From the NCBI RefSeq assembly GCF_902713615.1, contig NC_052146.1, positions 310,078,335-310,142,334 of the forward strand: a stretch of DNA of 64,000 bases. Direction: 5' to 3'. The position numbers were made by a program, and so were the translations under genes. The notes beneath the pieces are model-generated. The model did no database searches. It had not been told where the DNA came from and saw only the letters and a program-made list of their open reading frames with translations. Each line of letters starts with the position of its first letter. The stretch's first letter is position 1. Positions 61,663 to 64,000 of the stretch are shown here, in pieces. The stretch comes from Scyliorhinus canicula (taxonomy: Eukaryota).

Positions 61663-61791
61663 NNNNNNNNNNNNNNNNNNNNNNNNNNNNNNNNNNNNNN
61701 NNNNNNNNNNNNNNNNNNNNNNNNNNNNNNNNNNNNNNNNNNNNNNNNNNNNNNNNNNNNNNNNNNNNNNNNNNNNNNNNNNNNNNNNNNN
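61663..61791. other. Assembly gap (129 N) followed by CA-rich simple repeat
   Basis: Run of N. Confidence 1.
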
Positions 61792-62098
61792 CACACACCC
61801 TCTCACACACAAACACCCTCATACACACACAGACACACACCCTCTCTCACACACACTCCCTCATACACACACAGACACACACTCTCTCACACACAACACC
61901 CACTCTCGCATCGCTGTCCTCTTCCTCACGTGGGAGACCACTCTCTCTCCTTCATTCTGTCGCCATTTCTCACACACACTGACTTGCAGAATCACTGCTT
62001 ATTTTATTCTCAGACATTTTTTGAAAAGTTTCTAGCACCTTCTATGTGGCCAGGTTAAAGTTGGGGACAGAGTTTGTGTGGGTTTCCAACCTGAAACT

Positions 62099-62305
62099 TG
62101 AGGGGTGATTTTTTGAGGGGTGATTTTTTGAGGGGTGATTTTTTGAGGGGTGATTTGTTGAGGGGTGATTTGTTGAGGGGTGATTTGTTGAGGGGTGATT
62201 TGTTGAGGGGCGATTTGTTGAGGGGCGATTTGTTGAGGGGTGATTTGTTGATGGGTGATTTGTTGAGGGGTGATTTGTTGAGGGGTGATTTGTTGAGGGG
62301 TGATT
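62099..62305. repeat. 15-bp tandem repeat
   Basis: Unit TGAGGGGTGATTTGT, about 13-14 copies. Confidence 0.96.
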
Positions 62306-62915
62306 TTGAGCCCCTCTGCGTCCGTGAGAAAGTCACCGTGGGGCCTAAACTCTAGAGAAGCGAAAAATGTGATTCTCTTCCGCGTGATTGGTGTTTGGAC
62401 AGATCATGCCATTGAAAACAATAACTTACATTCTAACACTGGGGACTGGATTCTCGGGCCCCCCAGACGCGTGTTCCTCGGCCGCGCGCTGTTCGCTGGC
62501 AGCGGGATTCTATCATTGAGGAGGTGGTGGGGAGCTGCCTTCTTGAACCGCTGCAGTCCCTGAGGTATAAGGACATGAAATGTAAAATATTCCCTGGGTC
62601 TATTTGGAAGATGGGCAGAGGAATCATCCTTTAATGTCCTGGGTGATATTTATCCCGAAAAAACATTACCAAAGCTGATTGGTCATTGTCACATTGTTAT
62701 TTGTGGGATCTTGCTATGCACAAATTCACAGCTGAAGCAGAGCGACCAGAGTCAATACAAAACACATCCCAGCAGCCTGTCAGTACCTTCCAGAGAGAAA
62801 GGCAAAGAAGAAGAAATCATTCAGTTATTAATAATAATACCGTTCGATCTGTTGACAGACATTCTTCCATTCTGTGTGGAAATAAATACTGATCAATATT
62901 TCTATTGGATTACAG

Positions 62916-63032
62916 TCAGGTGAAGGGGAATGTAAATATGCTGAGCTTCGATTCCATTGCCCAGGTACCAGGCAGCCGGCAGTATCACTGACTGAAAGCA
63001 CGGCGGAGTATGCTGTTCTTCAACGTTCTTAA
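62916..63032 (+). CDS. Terminal exon with ITIM-like and ITSM-like motifs
   Basis: Acceptor TTTCTATTGGATTACAG|, phase 0 fits the previous exon; SGEGECKYAELRFHCPGTRQPAVSLTESTAEYAVLQRS*; tyrosines 24 aa apart. Confidence 0.78.
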   Translation, partial: SGEGECKYAELRFHCPGTRQPAVSLTESTAEYAVLQRS

Positions 63033-63169
63033 ACCTCAAAACCAGCAACAATTAACCAGTGGGACAAGCAGCAGTGACAAAAACCTTACCCAATCACAAT
63101 CATCTCTGCCTTTCCTGCACATTTCAACGGCTTCAATCTCTCAACAATATCAGAGCGAGATTGTAAATC

Positions 63170-64000
63170 CCAGACCCTGATATTACTGGACACACAGACC
63201 CTGATATTACTGGGCACACAGACCCTGATATTACTGGACACACACACCCTGATATTACTGGACACACAGGCCCTGATATTACTGGACACACAGACCCTGA
63301 TATTACTGGACACACAGACCCTGATATTGGACACACAGACCCTGATATTACTGGGCACTCAGACCCTGATATTACTGGACACACAGACCCTGATATTACT
63401 GGGCACACAGACCCTGATATTGGACACACAGACCCTGATATTACTGGACACTCAGACCCTGATATTACTGGACACACACACCCTGATATTACTGGACACA
63501 CAGACCCTGATATTACTGGACACACACACCCTGATATTACTGGACACACACACCCTGATATTACTGGACACACAGACCCTGATATTACTGGACACACAGA
63601 CCCTGATATTACTGGACACACAGACTCTGATATTACTGGACACACACACCCTGATATTACTGGACACACAGACCCTGATATTACTGGACACTCTGACTCT
63701 GATATTACTGGACACACAGACCCTGATATTACTGGGCACACAGACCCTGATATTACTGGGGACACAGACCCTCCCAGACCCTGATATTACTGGACACTCA
63801 GACCCTGATATTACTGGACACTCAGGCCCTGATATTACTGGACACTCAGACCCTGATATTACTGGACACACACACCCTGATATTACTGGACACACACACC
63901 CTGATATTACTGGACACACAGACCCTTATATTACTGGACACACAGACCCTGATATTACTGGACACACACACCCTGATATTACTGGACACACACACCCTGA
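63170..64000. repeat. 24-bp minisatellite running off the window end
   Basis: Unit CCCTGATATTACTGGACACACAGA. Confidence 0.97.

Noticed and set aside
63077-63085. Nonamer ACAAAAACC
   Set aside because: No heptamer at 12 or 23 nt; lies in the predicted 3' UTR.
63086-63919. Cys-rich repetitive ORFs (PVISGSVC, SSNIRVCV)
   Set aside because: Translations of the 24-bp minisatellite.

Overview
Vertebrate genomic DNA, almost certainly from a cartilaginous fish (inferred from HE1/V-SINE-type SINEs and shark-type CR1 LINEs). Most of the window is transposon-derived: CR1 LINEs (one with an intact 967-aa ORF2), tRNA-derived SINEs, a near-complete two-ORF PIF/Harbinger transposon plus MITEs, Gypsy/Gmr1 remnants, solo LTRs, a Penelope-like remnant and several minisatellites. 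There are two N gaps. The main host feature, invisible in the ORF track as a whole, is a spliced + strand gene that I assembled by hand from GT-AG sites and codon phase. It has two paralogous 345-bp antigen-receptor-like V exons with a germline-fused J-like segment and no RSS (47881-48225, 54248-54592), an uncharged transmembrane exon (56663-56813), small cytoplasmic exons (58557-58600, 61009/61019-61086, 61256-61308) and a terminal exon with two tyrosine motifs (62916-63032; KYAEL and AEYAVL). This predicts a non-rearranging VJ-type inhibitory immune receptor. The two V exons differ at 38 of 115 residues but at only 5 purely synonymous codons. A signal-peptide exon (MISKTLFVVTLSLCVSG) occurs twice, in an inverted, head-to-head duplication (12310-12361 on -, 30200-30251 on +). 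Each copy can splice to an exon giving an 81-82 aa Cys-containing peptide, and the + copy is also phase-compatible with the V exons. All gene models are unverified by transcript data.
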